Source: an uncultured Verrucomicrobiae bacterium
GTDB lineage: Bacteria > Verrucomicrobiota > Verrucomicrobiia > Chthoniobacterales > UBA10450
Assembly: GCA_963772365.1 (NCBI GenBank)
Contig: CAVYXA010000001.1
Location: 1,600,001-1,664,000 of the forward strand
Length of the DNA: 64,000 nt
Reading direction: 5' to 3'
Part shown: positions 52,817-61,832 of the stretch, piece by piece
Numbering within the stretch: position 1 is the stretch's first letter
Layout: every line of letters begins with the position of its first letter
The notes under the pieces: generated by a model
Seen by the model: the letters and a program-made list of their open reading frames with translations, nothing else
The model's database searches: none
What the model was told of the DNA's origin: nothing
Program-made: the position numbers and the translations under genes

Positions 52817-54991
52817 CTAATGCAACAATTTCTCGAGCGAGGGGTCACGATCGCTGCCGAGCGCCGTGGCTTTCGCATAGTGTTGCCTGGCGAGTTCTTT
52901 CGCCGGCGGTTCGGCGGTGGCATAAATCACCGCCAGATTGAAATGCGCGTCGGGATAATTGGGATTATTGGCCAGCGCCGCTAGCAATTCCTTTTCGGCT
53001 GCTTCCTGCCAGCCCTTCTGGCTGGCCGTGATCCCGAGATAATTATGAGCCGTGGCGCTTTTGGGATTGATCGCCAGCGCCTTGGTCAGTTCGGTGAGCG
53101 CAGCATCGAATTTCGATTGCCGATAGTACACGATCCCCAGTGTGGTATGAGCGAATTCGTCCCGGGGCGAGACCGCGACGGCTTTTTTCAACGTTAACTC
53201 CGCAGCCTTGAATCGGCCGGTGCGGAAATAAACAACACCAAGATTCGAGAGGGAATAAAGATTGTTCGGGCTCTTGATCAAAATCTCCTGATATTCTTTT
53301 TCAGCCGAACGATATTTGCCGCGCCCAAAATTCTGCTTCGCTTCGCGCGCCATCGGTAGCAAATCGTCCGGCAGGTCCGGTTTGAATCCGCTACCGCCAA
53401 TCTCCCCGGGGTTTTGTTCCGGAGCGTCCAATTTGTTAGCCGCATCGTTGTCATCATCGCCGGCATTGATCGTGACCGAAGTGGCGGTCGTTTTCTTGGC
53501 ATAGGCGAAACTCGCTTTCATCGTCGCGGGATTATTGTCCGAAATGGAAACAATGGGTTGCCGAAGAAGAGCTAGTTCGTCATCAGTCAACTTCGTGACC
53601 GGTTGGGCCAAAAGCTCGATCTGTTTGTTAAGCGTGTCGGATTTGATCCGAAGCTTGTCGAACTCTGCCAGCATCAATTTCTTGGCCTGCTCGCGGCGGG
53701 CTTCCTCCTGCCGCTCGCGCAAAACGATATTCCGCAGCATCTCATTCTCTTTGCGCAGGCGCATGGTTTCTTCCGCCGTCGCGCCTACCAATTTTGCTTT
53801 CGTGAGCTGGCTGGCCATCGAATCCAATTGCCCGCGCAGGTCCGCCACCATGACTTCGTAATCGCGGTTCTGTTTCTGGCTGGTGGCTAGTTGCTGTTGC
53901 AACTGGCCGATCTGACGTTTCACCTCAGCCAACTGCTGCTCCTTTTTTGGCTTGTCCTCGCTCAATTCCTGAACTGCCTTCTCGGCGGCAGCCAATTTCT
54001 TCTGCAATGTGGAATTTTCCGCCAGTAGCGCGTCGACACGCTGTTGGGCGTCTTTCGTTCCTTTGGCCTGAGCCAGGGCGTCATCCCGCTCTTTTGTCAT
54101 CGCGGTCAGACGCTTTTCCGCCTCGGCTATTTTCGTTTCCTTTTCCTTTTCGGCGGCGGCAACTTTTGTCTCTTTTTCCTTTTCCGCCGCGGCCCGGGCC
54201 GCTTCGGCGGCGAGCACGGCATCTTTTAGCCGTTTGATCTCGGCGCGCAAATCTCCCTCAGCCTTAGTATTCTTCTGGTCGGTTGCGGTCTGCGCTTTTT
54301 TTAATGCTTCCTGAGCCTTGACCAACTGGTCGCGTAGCTGGCGATCCGCGCCTTTCGGTTTCTGCAGGTCAGCCTGCGCCTGGTCCAGTTTCGAGTGGGT
54401 GTCTTTCAAACGGCTGTTGAGATCTTCTTTTTCCTTCTGAGCGACACCAAGCTGATTGCGTGATTTATCGAGCTCGGCCTGCAACTGATCCACTCTGGCG
54501 TTCAATTGCTTCGTCGCTTCCCGGATTGCGACTATCGGCGCCTGCGCGGGAGGTTCGGGAGCTCGCGTCGTTGTCGATGCATTTTTTGAGGCCGAAATTT
54601 CGGCGCTCGGCTGCCGCGAAGCGGTCGTCTTTTGTTCAGGCGCCGCTTCTGTTTCTGGCGGCGGCTCCGAAGTGGCGGCAAGATCTTTTTGCGTGGCAAT
54701 CTCGTCCTGAAGCCGGAGAATACTTTCGCTGATCTTGCGGCCGCGATAATCGACAATCGCCGGCTGCCAGTCGCCGTGATTCTTGCGGATTTCCTCGATC
54801 AAACTTCCAGCGAACCGATATTTTGCCAGCGCGGCTTTGAACTGGTTATCGTGCTCGAGTTTCTCGGCCTGTTGCGCGGTCATGTAGGCCTTGAGGAATA
54901 TCTCGCTCGGATCATCGGCCTGAGCGGAGAGACGCGGGGAAAGAAGTGCAAAAAAGAAACCGGCGAATAGAATCGACCCTATTCTTTTCAT
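52817..54991 (-). CDS. Secreted coiled-coil plus tetratricopeptide repeat protein
   Basis: Signal peptide, long heptad region, C-terminal TPRs (NLG..Y, AH.YLG, AHFNLA). Confidence 0.85.
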   Translation of the reverse strand: MKRIGSILFAGFFFALLSPRLSAQADDPSEIFLKAYMTAQQAEKLEHDNQFKAALAKYRFAGSLIEEIRKNHGDWQPAIVDYRGRKISESILRLQDEIATQKDLAATSEPPPETEAAPEQKTTASRQPSAEISASKNASTTTRAPEPPAQAPIVAIREATKQLNARVDQLQAELDKSRNQLGVAQKEKEDLNSRLKDTHSKLDQAQADLQKPKGADRQLRDQLVKAQEALKKAQTATDQKNTKAEGDLRAEIKRLKDAVLAAEAARAAAEKEKETKVAAAEKEKETKIAEAEKRLTAMTKERDDALAQAKGTKDAQQRVDALLAENSTLQKKLAAAEKAVQELSEDKPKKEQQLAEVKRQIGQLQQQLATSQKQNRDYEVMVADLRGQLDSMASQLTKAKLVGATAEETMRLRKENEMLRNIVLRERQEEARREQAKKLMLAEFDKLRIKSDTLNKQIELLAQPVTKLTDDELALLRQPIVSISDNNPATMKASFAYAKKTTATSVTINAGDDDNDAANKLDAPEQNPGEIGGSGFKPDLPDDLLPMAREAKQNFGRGKYRSAEKEYQEILIKSPNNLYSLSNLGVVYFRTGRFKAAELTLKKAVAVSPRDEFAHTTLGIVYYRQSKFDAALTELTKALAINPKSATAHNYLGITASQKGWQEAAEKELLAALANNPNYPDAHFNLAVIYATAEPPAKELARQHYAKATALGSDRDPSLEKLLH

Positions 54992-55281
54992 CCGACAGCG
55001 AGGCGGAATGATAGTCCGCTCCTGTCCAGTTGCAATCCAGCCTTCCACGCGGTTTTGAGAATAAGCGGAGAGCGTGCCAACGAGAGCTCCAAATTAAAAG
55101 CGCCAAATTCCAAGATTCAAAATTGGAGCTCTCACGCTTCCCTCGGAATGGTACAGCTCAATTTCTCCATTCATTTAGCGCCGCAATCTTTTCGTTTGCC
55201 CTGCTGACGGCTCGGCACGGCACGGTTGCCTTTCGTTGAGAAAACCTTAAGCTCTTTTCCCCGCGAAGACGCAGACGAGAT

Positions 55282-55357
55282 GGTGGTCGTAGCTCAATGG
55301 TAGAGCCCCAGATTGTGGTTCTGGTTGTTGCGGGTTCGAGTCCCGTCGACCACCCCA
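55282..55357 (+). tRNA. tRNA-His (GTG)
   Basis: G-1, acceptor GTGGTCG/CGACCAC, anticodon arm CCAGA-TTGTGGT-TCTGG, TTCGA T-loop, encoded CCA. Confidence 0.97.
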
Positions 55358-55425
55358 GATTATTGTCGATTGTTCGAGTGGCGTTCTTGCAGTTTCGAAT
55401 AGACAATGGACAATCAAATTTCCCT

Positions 55426-55499
55426 GTGTCTGTAGCTCAACTGGATAGAGCATCTGACTTCGGATCAGAAGGTTGGGGGTTCGAATCCCTCCAGACACG
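55426..55499 (+). tRNA. tRNA-Arg (TCG)
   Basis: Acceptor GTGTCTG/CAGACAC, anticodon arm TCTGA-CTTCGGA-TCAGA, TTCGAAT T-loop; CCA not encoded. Confidence 0.95.
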
Positions 55500-55517
55500 A
55501 TCCGCTGCTGGTGAAGA

Positions 55518-57098
55518 TCAGGGTTTCCTCTTGAAAACCACGAGGCTGCATCGTTCGACATCAACTTTTGCCAAAGGTTCCTGCCAGCCAGAAGTCTTGT
55601 CGCCTATCAAATAACCGCCCACAAGATCGTATCTTTCATTGAGAACCTTGTTCAGGTAATCTAAAAAACCTGGAGGAGTCGTGCGTTGGCTCAACCAGCT
55701 CGTGGCCAGACGGACGATCGCAACAACCGCAGGAGGCCGCGACTCCAGATCGTGGATCGCTTCCGATTGATAACGCTCCGCGACAGTCGTTGGAATCATT
55801 AACGGATAGATAATTGCGAATCGAGAACAACTGAACCGGTCGGCGTAATAAAGGATTTGCGGTTCCGATCCCGCGATGAACACGCAATCTTTGGGCGAGG
55901 TCAGTCTCTTTACGTGACCGGCGACCAGCTTCGATTCAAGAAATGGGCTCCATGTTTTCATCTTCGCGGCGGCGAAATCTTTCTTGCTGGCTAGTAACGA
56001 AGGAACATCAGGTAGACACGCTCCGATCACCAAGACAGCTGTTAGCGCTGAGCCGAACCAGGACGGCAGCGTCAGTCGTGTTCGTCTTAGTCGGCAATCA
56101 AGGTTGTGAATCCCGATCGCGACGAGCAGCGCCCAAAACGGCATAACGGTCACATAATATTGCCGATACGGGCTGCCGGCGGTTGTCATCCACGCGGCCA
56201 GAAAAATCAGCGTCCAAAAAAATGTTCGCGGCCATCGGCCGACTAGAATCAGGCCGAGCGAAGGAAATAAAAACCACCACGCGATCCAAAGTTCCTGCAG
56301 CCGGTGGCCCAGGTTCCTCCACCCAAATGTCGCGGCGGCGTATGATTGGTTGTATTCAATTGTGCATTCCCAAAGCGACCTGCCACCATCGTGGATTAGA
56401 AAAAAAACCAGCGCTGCTAGCGTCGCGGCGGTGACGCCTAACAAGGCGAAGAACCAGCATTTCGCCAGGTGACTCACGCTCCGTTTCCGACGCCATTCAT
56501 CGAGCGACGCGGCGACGAATAGCAAGACGCACAATGGGAACGACGTGTATTTGTAACAGATCGCTACCGCGCCCAGAACGCCGCCGGTCAGCCAATATCC
56601 GGGGCCGCCGCCCGAGTGACGAGCGCGCACGTAGACGGCCAGCGTGCCCATTACCGGCAGAAGCATGAACATCTCAGTGTTTGCCGTGAATTGAGTGATC
56701 CCAGGCAAAAGGATCATTGGCGTCATCAGCCACATCGCGGAAAACGAGACACTTCTTCCAAACTCCTTTTGGCCGATGTAACCGAGTAGACACGTCGCCA
56801 GCCCAGCGAATAAGTAAGCCAGGATACGAGGAAACCAGTAGAGACCCGGCGCGACCAAATTAGCCAATAGATAGGTGTAAATCACCATTGGCGGTTTTTG
56901 CAGAAAGGAGTTTTGATATGGTGCGAGCCCATGTCTGAGGAGTTGTGCTGCATAGGCGTATTCGCCTTCATCGCGAATCAGGGGCGCATCGTAACTATTC
57001 CAGCGCAACGCCAGAAAAAGCAGCACGAGTCCGATAATCCCCGCCCAACTCCGTCCGCTTGTCCTGACTTTCGAAACACGATTCGAGTCCGATTCCAT
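55518..57098 (-). CDS. GT-C glycosyltransferase (ArnT/PMT, GT39/83-like)
   Basis: RDEGEY, KPP, NTE.F, many TMs, C-terminal periplasmic domain. Confidence 0.8.
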   Translation of the reverse strand: MESDSNRVSKVRTSGRSWAGIIGLVLLFLALRWNSYDAPLIRDEGEYAYAAQLLRHGLAPYQNSFLQKPPMVIYTYLLANLVAPGLYWFPRILAYLFAGLATCLLGYIGQKEFGRSVSFSAMWLMTPMILLPGITQFTANTEMFMLLPVMGTLAVYVRARHSGGGPGYWLTGGVLGAVAICYKYTSFPLCVLLFVAASLDEWRRKRSVSHLAKCWFFALLGVTAATLAALVFFLIHDGGRSLWECTIEYNQSYAAATFGWRNLGHRLQELWIAWWFLFPSLGLILVGRWPRTFFWTLIFLAAWMTTAGSPYRQYYVTVMPFWALLVAIGIHNLDCRLRRTRLTLPSWFGSALTAVLVIGACLPDVPSLLASKKDFAAAKMKTWSPFLESKLVAGHVKRLTSPKDCVFIAGSEPQILYYADRFSCSRFAIIYPLMIPTTVAERYQSEAIHDLESRPPAVVAIVRLATSWLSQRTTPPGFLDYLNKVLNERYDLVGGYLIGDKTSGWQEPLAKVDVERCSLVVFKRKP

Positions 57099-57156
57099 TA
57101 GAAGTTTAATAATCTTCTTCTTGTTTTGGTCAGTCTTTTTAAAATAGCGAACACAA

Positions 57157-57840
57157 ATGAAGCTTACGGCCTCGCGCTTCGAGCTCGATTCGATGGTTCG
57201 AGACATCGAGCTCACACTGGTCAGCATCATTCAAGGTGTGGCGCTGACCGTGTTGATCGAAAACGCGAAAGATGTGATGACGAAAATGGACTGGCCAGCC
57301 TGGCCTTATGTGCTGGCCGGCTTGTTCGTCATATTCGTTTTCTGGTCGCGAGCCGTGTTGCACATCATCACGGTGATTCGCTGGCCGCTCGAGTTCGGAC
57401 ACAACTTTCTTTACGTCGCCTGCGCCCTGGTGGAATCCCTCGCTTTTTCGCAACTGGCTACACCGGCGCGTTGGTTCGGATTCGGCGCGGGTTTCATTGC
57501 CGCTGGCTGGCTCCTGTTTGCCTACGATGTTCGCCTCATCCGGGCCCGAATGGAGGATAGCGCCGGGGAATCGAGTAATCGGTTATTCGCGCTCGTAATG
57601 CGCGACCAATGGCTGAATCTCGGTCTGCTTTTGCCGGCTGTTTTCGTATTGAACCTCGCCTGTGCATTGTCGATCCGCGCCTGGCCGGAAATTCTTCTGG
57701 CCGCAAACGGTCACCTTTGGCTGATTGGGGCACAGTTGATCGCGTTCGTCGTCTACTTGTTTTACGTGGTGAAATTTTATGGCCGGCTCGCGCCCTTGAT
57801 CGATCAAGCGCGAGCGGAATGGCAGATCAAAGAGGAATAG
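57157..57840 (+). CDS. Hypothetical multi-pass membrane protein
   Basis: 227-aa ORF with about 6 hydrophobic segments. Confidence 0.7.
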   Translation: MKLTASRFELDSMVRDIELTLVSIIQGVALTVLIENAKDVMTKMDWPAWPYVLAGLFVIFVFWSRAVLHIITVIRWPLEFGHNFLYVACALVESLAFSQLATPARWFGFGAGFIAAGWLLFAYDVRLIRARMEDSAGESSNRLFALVMRDQWLNLGLLLPAVFVLNLACALSIRAWPEILLAANGHLWLIGAQLIAFVVYLFYVVKFYGRLAPLIDQARAEWQIKEE

Positions 57841-58005
57841 ACGACTCGAAAATCGAGCGCCGAAATTCCGCGCAGTTGTTTTTCGGCCAAACCAGACGAT
57901 ACTTCAGCGTTTCATTCGGATGAGTATCGGCAACAGGGTGAAACCGCAAAGTTCCCCCGAACATCGGTAAAGCGAGAACTCGTTATCGGGTTGGAGAAAA
58001 AACTT

Positions 58006-58209
58006 ATGATACCCACAGCCAAAAAGAATGGACCGGTCATTAAACGCATTCTGGTCCGATGCCCTTCCACCGCGAAACTGACTTCAACGGGTCAAACTGT
58101 TGAGGAACAGCTCTGGCCTACGACAAAACTGAAAAGCCAGCGCTTCAACTGTTCCCATTGCGGGCAGACCCACACTTGGAACAAAAAAGACGTCGTTCTG
58201 GCGCGATAA
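58006..58209 (+). CDS. Small basic zinc-ribbon-like protein
   Basis: GGAG RBS at 57993; CPST...CSHCGQTHTW; 67 aa. Confidence 0.7.
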   Translation: MIPTAKKNGPVIKRILVRCPSTAKLTSTGQTVEEQLWPTTKLKSQRFNCSHCGQTHTWNKKDVVLAR

Positions 58210-58277
58210 CGCGTCCCAGCCTTTAGCAGGTCCGAATCGACGACGCTTTCTCGTTTCGATAACATCGACAGCTCTCG

Positions 58278-59234
58278 ATGAAGACGATTCGGAGGACTGG
58301 TCCGCCGGATCGGTTGCGCCTGACGAAGCGCAGCCGGATCGCGCGAAGTCGATGGGTGGTTCCAACTGTCGATCAAATCATGGCCGAGGAACGCGCAGCT
58401 GCGTTCACCAGACGCAGCATTAAGGGTTCGGCCAAACTGCAAGGCCTCAAGATGGCGGTCTCGATGATGGATCTGACCACGCTCGAAGGAAAGGATACGC
58501 CCGGCAAAATTGCGTTCCTCTGCCGCAAAGCGATGCAACCTCTCGATCCGCGCTACGATGTTCCCCCATGCGCCGCAGTTTGTATTTATCCAAACCTGGT
58601 GCCGTTCGCTAAGAAATTTCTCGGCATTTCGCGAGTCAAAGTCGCATCTGTAGCCACGGCATTCCCGACCGGACTGATGCCGTTGAAACTAAAACTCGAA
58701 GAAGTTCGCGGTGCCGTGCGAGATGGCGCGGACGAAATCGATATGGTGATCGATCGGGGCGCTTTTCTGACCGGCGATCATGGCCGGGTATTCGATGAGA
58801 TCGCTGCTACGAAAGAGGCGTGCGGAAGCGCGCACCTTAAAGTGATTCTCGAAACTGGCGAGCTGCAAATCTACGACAACGTTCGCATCGCCAGCGAGAT
58901 CGCGATGCGCGCCGGCGCAGATTTCATCAAAACATCGACAGGAAAAATTTCGCCCGCCGCGACGATGCCGGTCACCTTGGTGATGCTCGAGGCAATCCGC
59001 GATTATTTTTACGCAACGGGTATTCGCATCGGGATGAAACCGGCCGGAGGAATTCGCACCGCCAAACAAGCTCTCGGATATCTCGTGATGGTGAAGGAAA
59101 CCCTGGGCGACGACTGGCTCACGCCAGAGTTGTTCCGCTTCGGCGCCAGCACATTGGTCAACGATGTTCTCATGCAAATCGTGAAGATCGTGGATGGAAA
59201 TTATCAGGCGCCGGACTATTTTTCTCTGCCCTGA
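58278..59234 (+). CDS. deoC: Deoxyribose-phosphate aldolase (long type)
   Basis: DLTTLEG.D, GADEIDMV, LKVILETGEL, FIKTSTGK, KPAGGIR, RFGAS. Confidence 0.95.
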   Translation: MKTIRRTGPPDRLRLTKRSRIARSRWVVPTVDQIMAEERAAAFTRRSIKGSAKLQGLKMAVSMMDLTTLEGKDTPGKIAFLCRKAMQPLDPRYDVPPCAAVCIYPNLVPFAKKFLGISRVKVASVATAFPTGLMPLKLKLEEVRGAVRDGADEIDMVIDRGAFLTGDHGRVFDEIAATKEACGSAHLKVILETGELQIYDNVRIASEIAMRAGADFIKTSTGKISPAATMPVTLVMLEAIRDYFYATGIRIGMKPAGGIRTAKQALGYLVMVKETLGDDWLTPELFRFGASTLVNDVLMQIVKIVDGNYQAPDYFSLP

Positions 59235-59292
59235 GCGGCGCGTTGGCGAGCGAGCGGCTGGCTAAATTCCATGGAGGATCGACATTTGATCC

Positions 59293-59748
59293 TCATCTTA
59301 GCCGCGGATCATACCGGAAACGCGCTGGCTTTGCGACCCACTCAAGCCGGAACTGCGGATGCCGCGGATTAATCAACGCATTGCTTTCCACTGGCACTAT
59401 TACGCTCGGCACGACTAACGCCGCGCTGCGCTGTGCTGCGATCCATTCATCGCCCGCTGTACGGCTCCCGGCGCTAACCGGCTCTGCGTCCCATTGTTTG
59501 GGCAACGGACGCAATTCCTCGACCAGCCGATCAGGCACCTCGATCGCAAAGAGCCAGCGTTCTTCCGACTCCCGCAGCGTCCGGACGTGCACAAGAGTTT
59601 CGAGACAGGCCAGCGCTACCGAGCTCGAAGTGTAAACGAGACGTGTGCCGAGGGAATTCCAACGGCCCGCAGCATGCAGGCCGCCTTCTCCGCTAAACGC
59701 CTGCGACGGCTTTGGGCGATCGAGCGTTTCGAGGCGATAGAACGTCAC
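59293..59748 (-). CDS. RES family toxin (NAD+ phosphorylase-type)
   Basis: YR, SGEGG....GRWN, YTS.S..LA.LE..VH, VPS, N..INP.H; GTG start overlaps the antitoxin stop (GTGA). Confidence 0.92.
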   Translation of the reverse strand: MTFYRLETLDRPKPSQAFSGEGGLHAAGRWNSLGTRLVYTSSSVALACLETLVHVRTLRESEERWLFAIEVPDRLVEELRPLPKQWDAEPVSAGSRTAGDEWIAAQRSAALVVPSVIVPVESNALINPRHPQFRLEWVAKPARFRYDPRLR

Positions 59749-60170
59749 GCATAAACTCCCCACTTGATGGATTGCAGGAGATTAGTGACTTCCTGCGCGC
59801 CTACGTCGGTATCGAGCAACTCGAGCGGGCGTTTTCCGCCTAACGCGGGGATCTGGTCGTTTACCCATTGCCGCGCCTTGTCTTCACTCCCGAGCACTTC
59901 GCTGGCCTGGGTAAACACGCGCGCCACGCGCAAACTCTTCTCGGCTTCATCGGCGGAAAGCCGGCGGGATTTCCGCTTGCGCAACGTCTGGGCGTTGATG
60001 TGCAGCCTGCGCGCGAGCGCTTCCTTTCCGACACCGAGCGCACTTGCCAACTGATCGAACACCTGCGCCGCAATTCCTTTGCGAATGGTTTCGATCTGCT
60101 CCAGCGGCGATAGCGCCGCAATGGCAGCCACTTTGGCAGTGGGTCCTTTCTGTCGGGAGATTGTCGGCAT
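59745..60170 (-). CDS. Xre/MbcA/ParS antitoxin
   Basis: IRKG, HTH, A.EVLG....A..W.....ALGG..P..LL.T..G...V..LL..I..G. Confidence 0.92.
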   Translation of the reverse strand: MPTISRQKGPTAKVAAIAALSPLEQIETIRKGIAAQVFDQLASALGVGKEALARRLHINAQTLRKRKSRRLSADEAEKSLRVARVFTQASEVLGSEDKARQWVNDQIPALGGKRPLELLDTDVGAQEVTNLLQSIKWGVYA

Positions 60171-60182
60171 GCTTCAGGATAA

Positions 60183-60198
60183 ACGGTAATTCTACCGT
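60183..60198 (-). promoter_or_regulatory. Putative TA autoregulatory operator overlapping a -10 box
   Basis: Palindrome ACGGTA-ATTC-TACCGT overlapping minus-strand TAGAAT, 13-28 nt upstream of the antitoxin ATG. Confidence 0.5.
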
Positions 60199-60243
60199 AA
60201 GCAACTGGTAAATCTACTCATTTCGCGCCAGTTGATGCGCGAT

Positions 60244-60939
60244 CTACTTCTCCCTGCCCTGAGCAGCCGCCGCATTTTCTGGCAACCGGGCCACGCCGGT
60301 TCGCAGAAATTTTTTGCCGCTTGGGCAAAGGCGAAAGACTTCGCATTGGCCGCAATCCGGCTTGCGAGCGTAACAGCGCCGGCGGCCATGCCAGATGAGC
60401 CAATGACTCCAATTTGTCCAATGCTCGCGTGGCACGAGTTTCATCAGGTCGCGCTCGATTTTTTCCGCGTCGGAATGTTTCGTTAGGCCGAGGCGTTGCG
60501 ACAGCCGAATCACGTGGGTATCCGCCACGATCCCCTCGTCTTTATGGAAGGCATTCCCCAGCACCACGTTTGCGGTCTTGCGGCCAACACCGGGCAGATC
60601 GACCAGCGCTTCCATTGTCGATGGTAATTTGCCGCCATGTTTTCCTGCAATCACGCCCATCGCTCCGCGAATGCTTTTGGTTTTGCTGCGGAAAAAACCG
60701 GTCGATTTGATCGCGTTCTCCAGCTCGGTCTGCGGCGCATTAGCGTAATCTCTAGCCGTCCGATATTTCCTGAACAGGGCCGGCGTAACTATGTTTACTC
60801 GTTTGTCGGTGCATTGGGCCGACAGAATCGTGGCGACAAGCAGCTGGAGAGGATTGCGAAAATCGAGCTCGCAATGCGCATTGGGATAAATCTTTGGCCA
60901 GACCTTAACAAGTTCGGCCACACGTTCGCGCGCGGTCAT
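60244..60939 (-). CDS. nth: Endonuclease III
   Basis: LSAQCTD..VN, LPGVGRKTANV, DTHV.R, C..RKP.C..C.....C. Confidence 0.95.
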   Translation of the reverse strand: MTARERVAELVKVWPKIYPNAHCELDFRNPLQLLVATILSAQCTDKRVNIVTPALFRKYRTARDYANAPQTELENAIKSTGFFRSKTKSIRGAMGVIAGKHGGKLPSTMEALVDLPGVGRKTANVVLGNAFHKDEGIVADTHVIRLSQRLGLTKHSDAEKIERDLMKLVPREHWTNWSHWLIWHGRRRCYARKPDCGQCEVFRLCPSGKKFLRTGVARLPENAAAAQGREK

Positions 60940-60994
60940 CTGCCAACTATTTCTGTCGCTGTCGATCTTGCAACAGATTAGCGTCTGCCAAAGA

Positions 60995-61765
60995 ATGCGA
61001 TCCGCGCGATTAATTCTGATTCTCGGCTTTGTTCTCGCGAAAACGGGACTGGCTGAATGGCAGGTTGTTCACGCAACCGGCGAGCCCTCGGCGGAATCGC
61101 TCGTTATTCATCGCCATATTACCGTGACGGAATCGCAGACCGGGGAGCGGGCCGTTGTCGATCTTGCCATTTTCTCCTCGAAGTCATGCACCTTGCGCGT
61201 GATTGAAAATAAGAACGGCGAGACCAATCTCGCTGAAGCCGTGAAGAGTGGCGGATGTGTAGCCGGCGTGAACGGTGGTTACTTCGACGCCGAGTTTCAG
61301 CCCATTGGGTTACGAATCATTAAGGGGAAAACGATCTCGCTTTTGAAGCGGGCGAAATTATTAACCGGTGTCCTGGAGGTGACCCCGCATCAGTCGAAAA
61401 TCGTGCGGTCCAGCGAATTTTCGATGAAACAAAAACTGCTCTCGGCGATTCAGTGCGGGCCATTCCTTGTCGATGCTGACCGGCGCGTTCGCGGTTTGAA
61501 CGATTCGCGGCCGGCCCGGCGAACATTTGCTCTCATAACACGCGGCAATCGCGCCGCGCTCGGCGTTTGCTCGGAAATCACTCTGGCTCAACTGGCCGAA
61601 ATCTTGGCCACGCTTCCGCTGATTGATGATCTCAAGACAGCGCGTGCATTGAATCTCGATGGCGGATCATCCACTGGATTCTGGTTTGCGCGCGAAAACG
61701 GCGATGCATTTTCCATCTCCGAGCAAAAGCCGGTTCGCGATTTCGTAGCGATTGCTCCAAAATAA
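60995..61765 (+). CDS. Phosphodiester glycosidase (NAGPA-like) family protein
   Basis: Signal peptide, NGGYF, GP.LV, RT, ALNLDGGSS. Confidence 0.85.
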   Translation: MRSARLILILGFVLAKTGLAEWQVVHATGEPSAESLVIHRHITVTESQTGERAVVDLAIFSSKSCTLRVIENKNGETNLAEAVKSGGCVAGVNGGYFDAEFQPIGLRIIKGKTISLLKRAKLLTGVLEVTPHQSKIVRSSEFSMKQKLLSAIQCGPFLVDADRRVRGLNDSRPARRTFALITRGNRAALGVCSEITLAQLAEILATLPLIDDLKTARALNLDGGSSTGFWFARENGDAFSISEQKPVRDFVAIAPK

Positions 61766-61832
61766 TCCACACAAAATTTTCTGAAGCTCTCCTTTTCCAA
61801 TCGCCAAGGATCTGCGTAATCTGCCGACTTCC

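Noticed and set aside
57930..57990. Assignment as a c-di-GMP-I riboswitch
   Set aside because: P2 stem too short and no clear P1 or tetraloop receptor; kept only as an unassigned structured leader.
55480..60250. Integrated island bounded by a duplicated tRNA-Arg 3' end
   Set aside because: No repeat of the tRNA 3' sequence was found downstream and no integrase is present.
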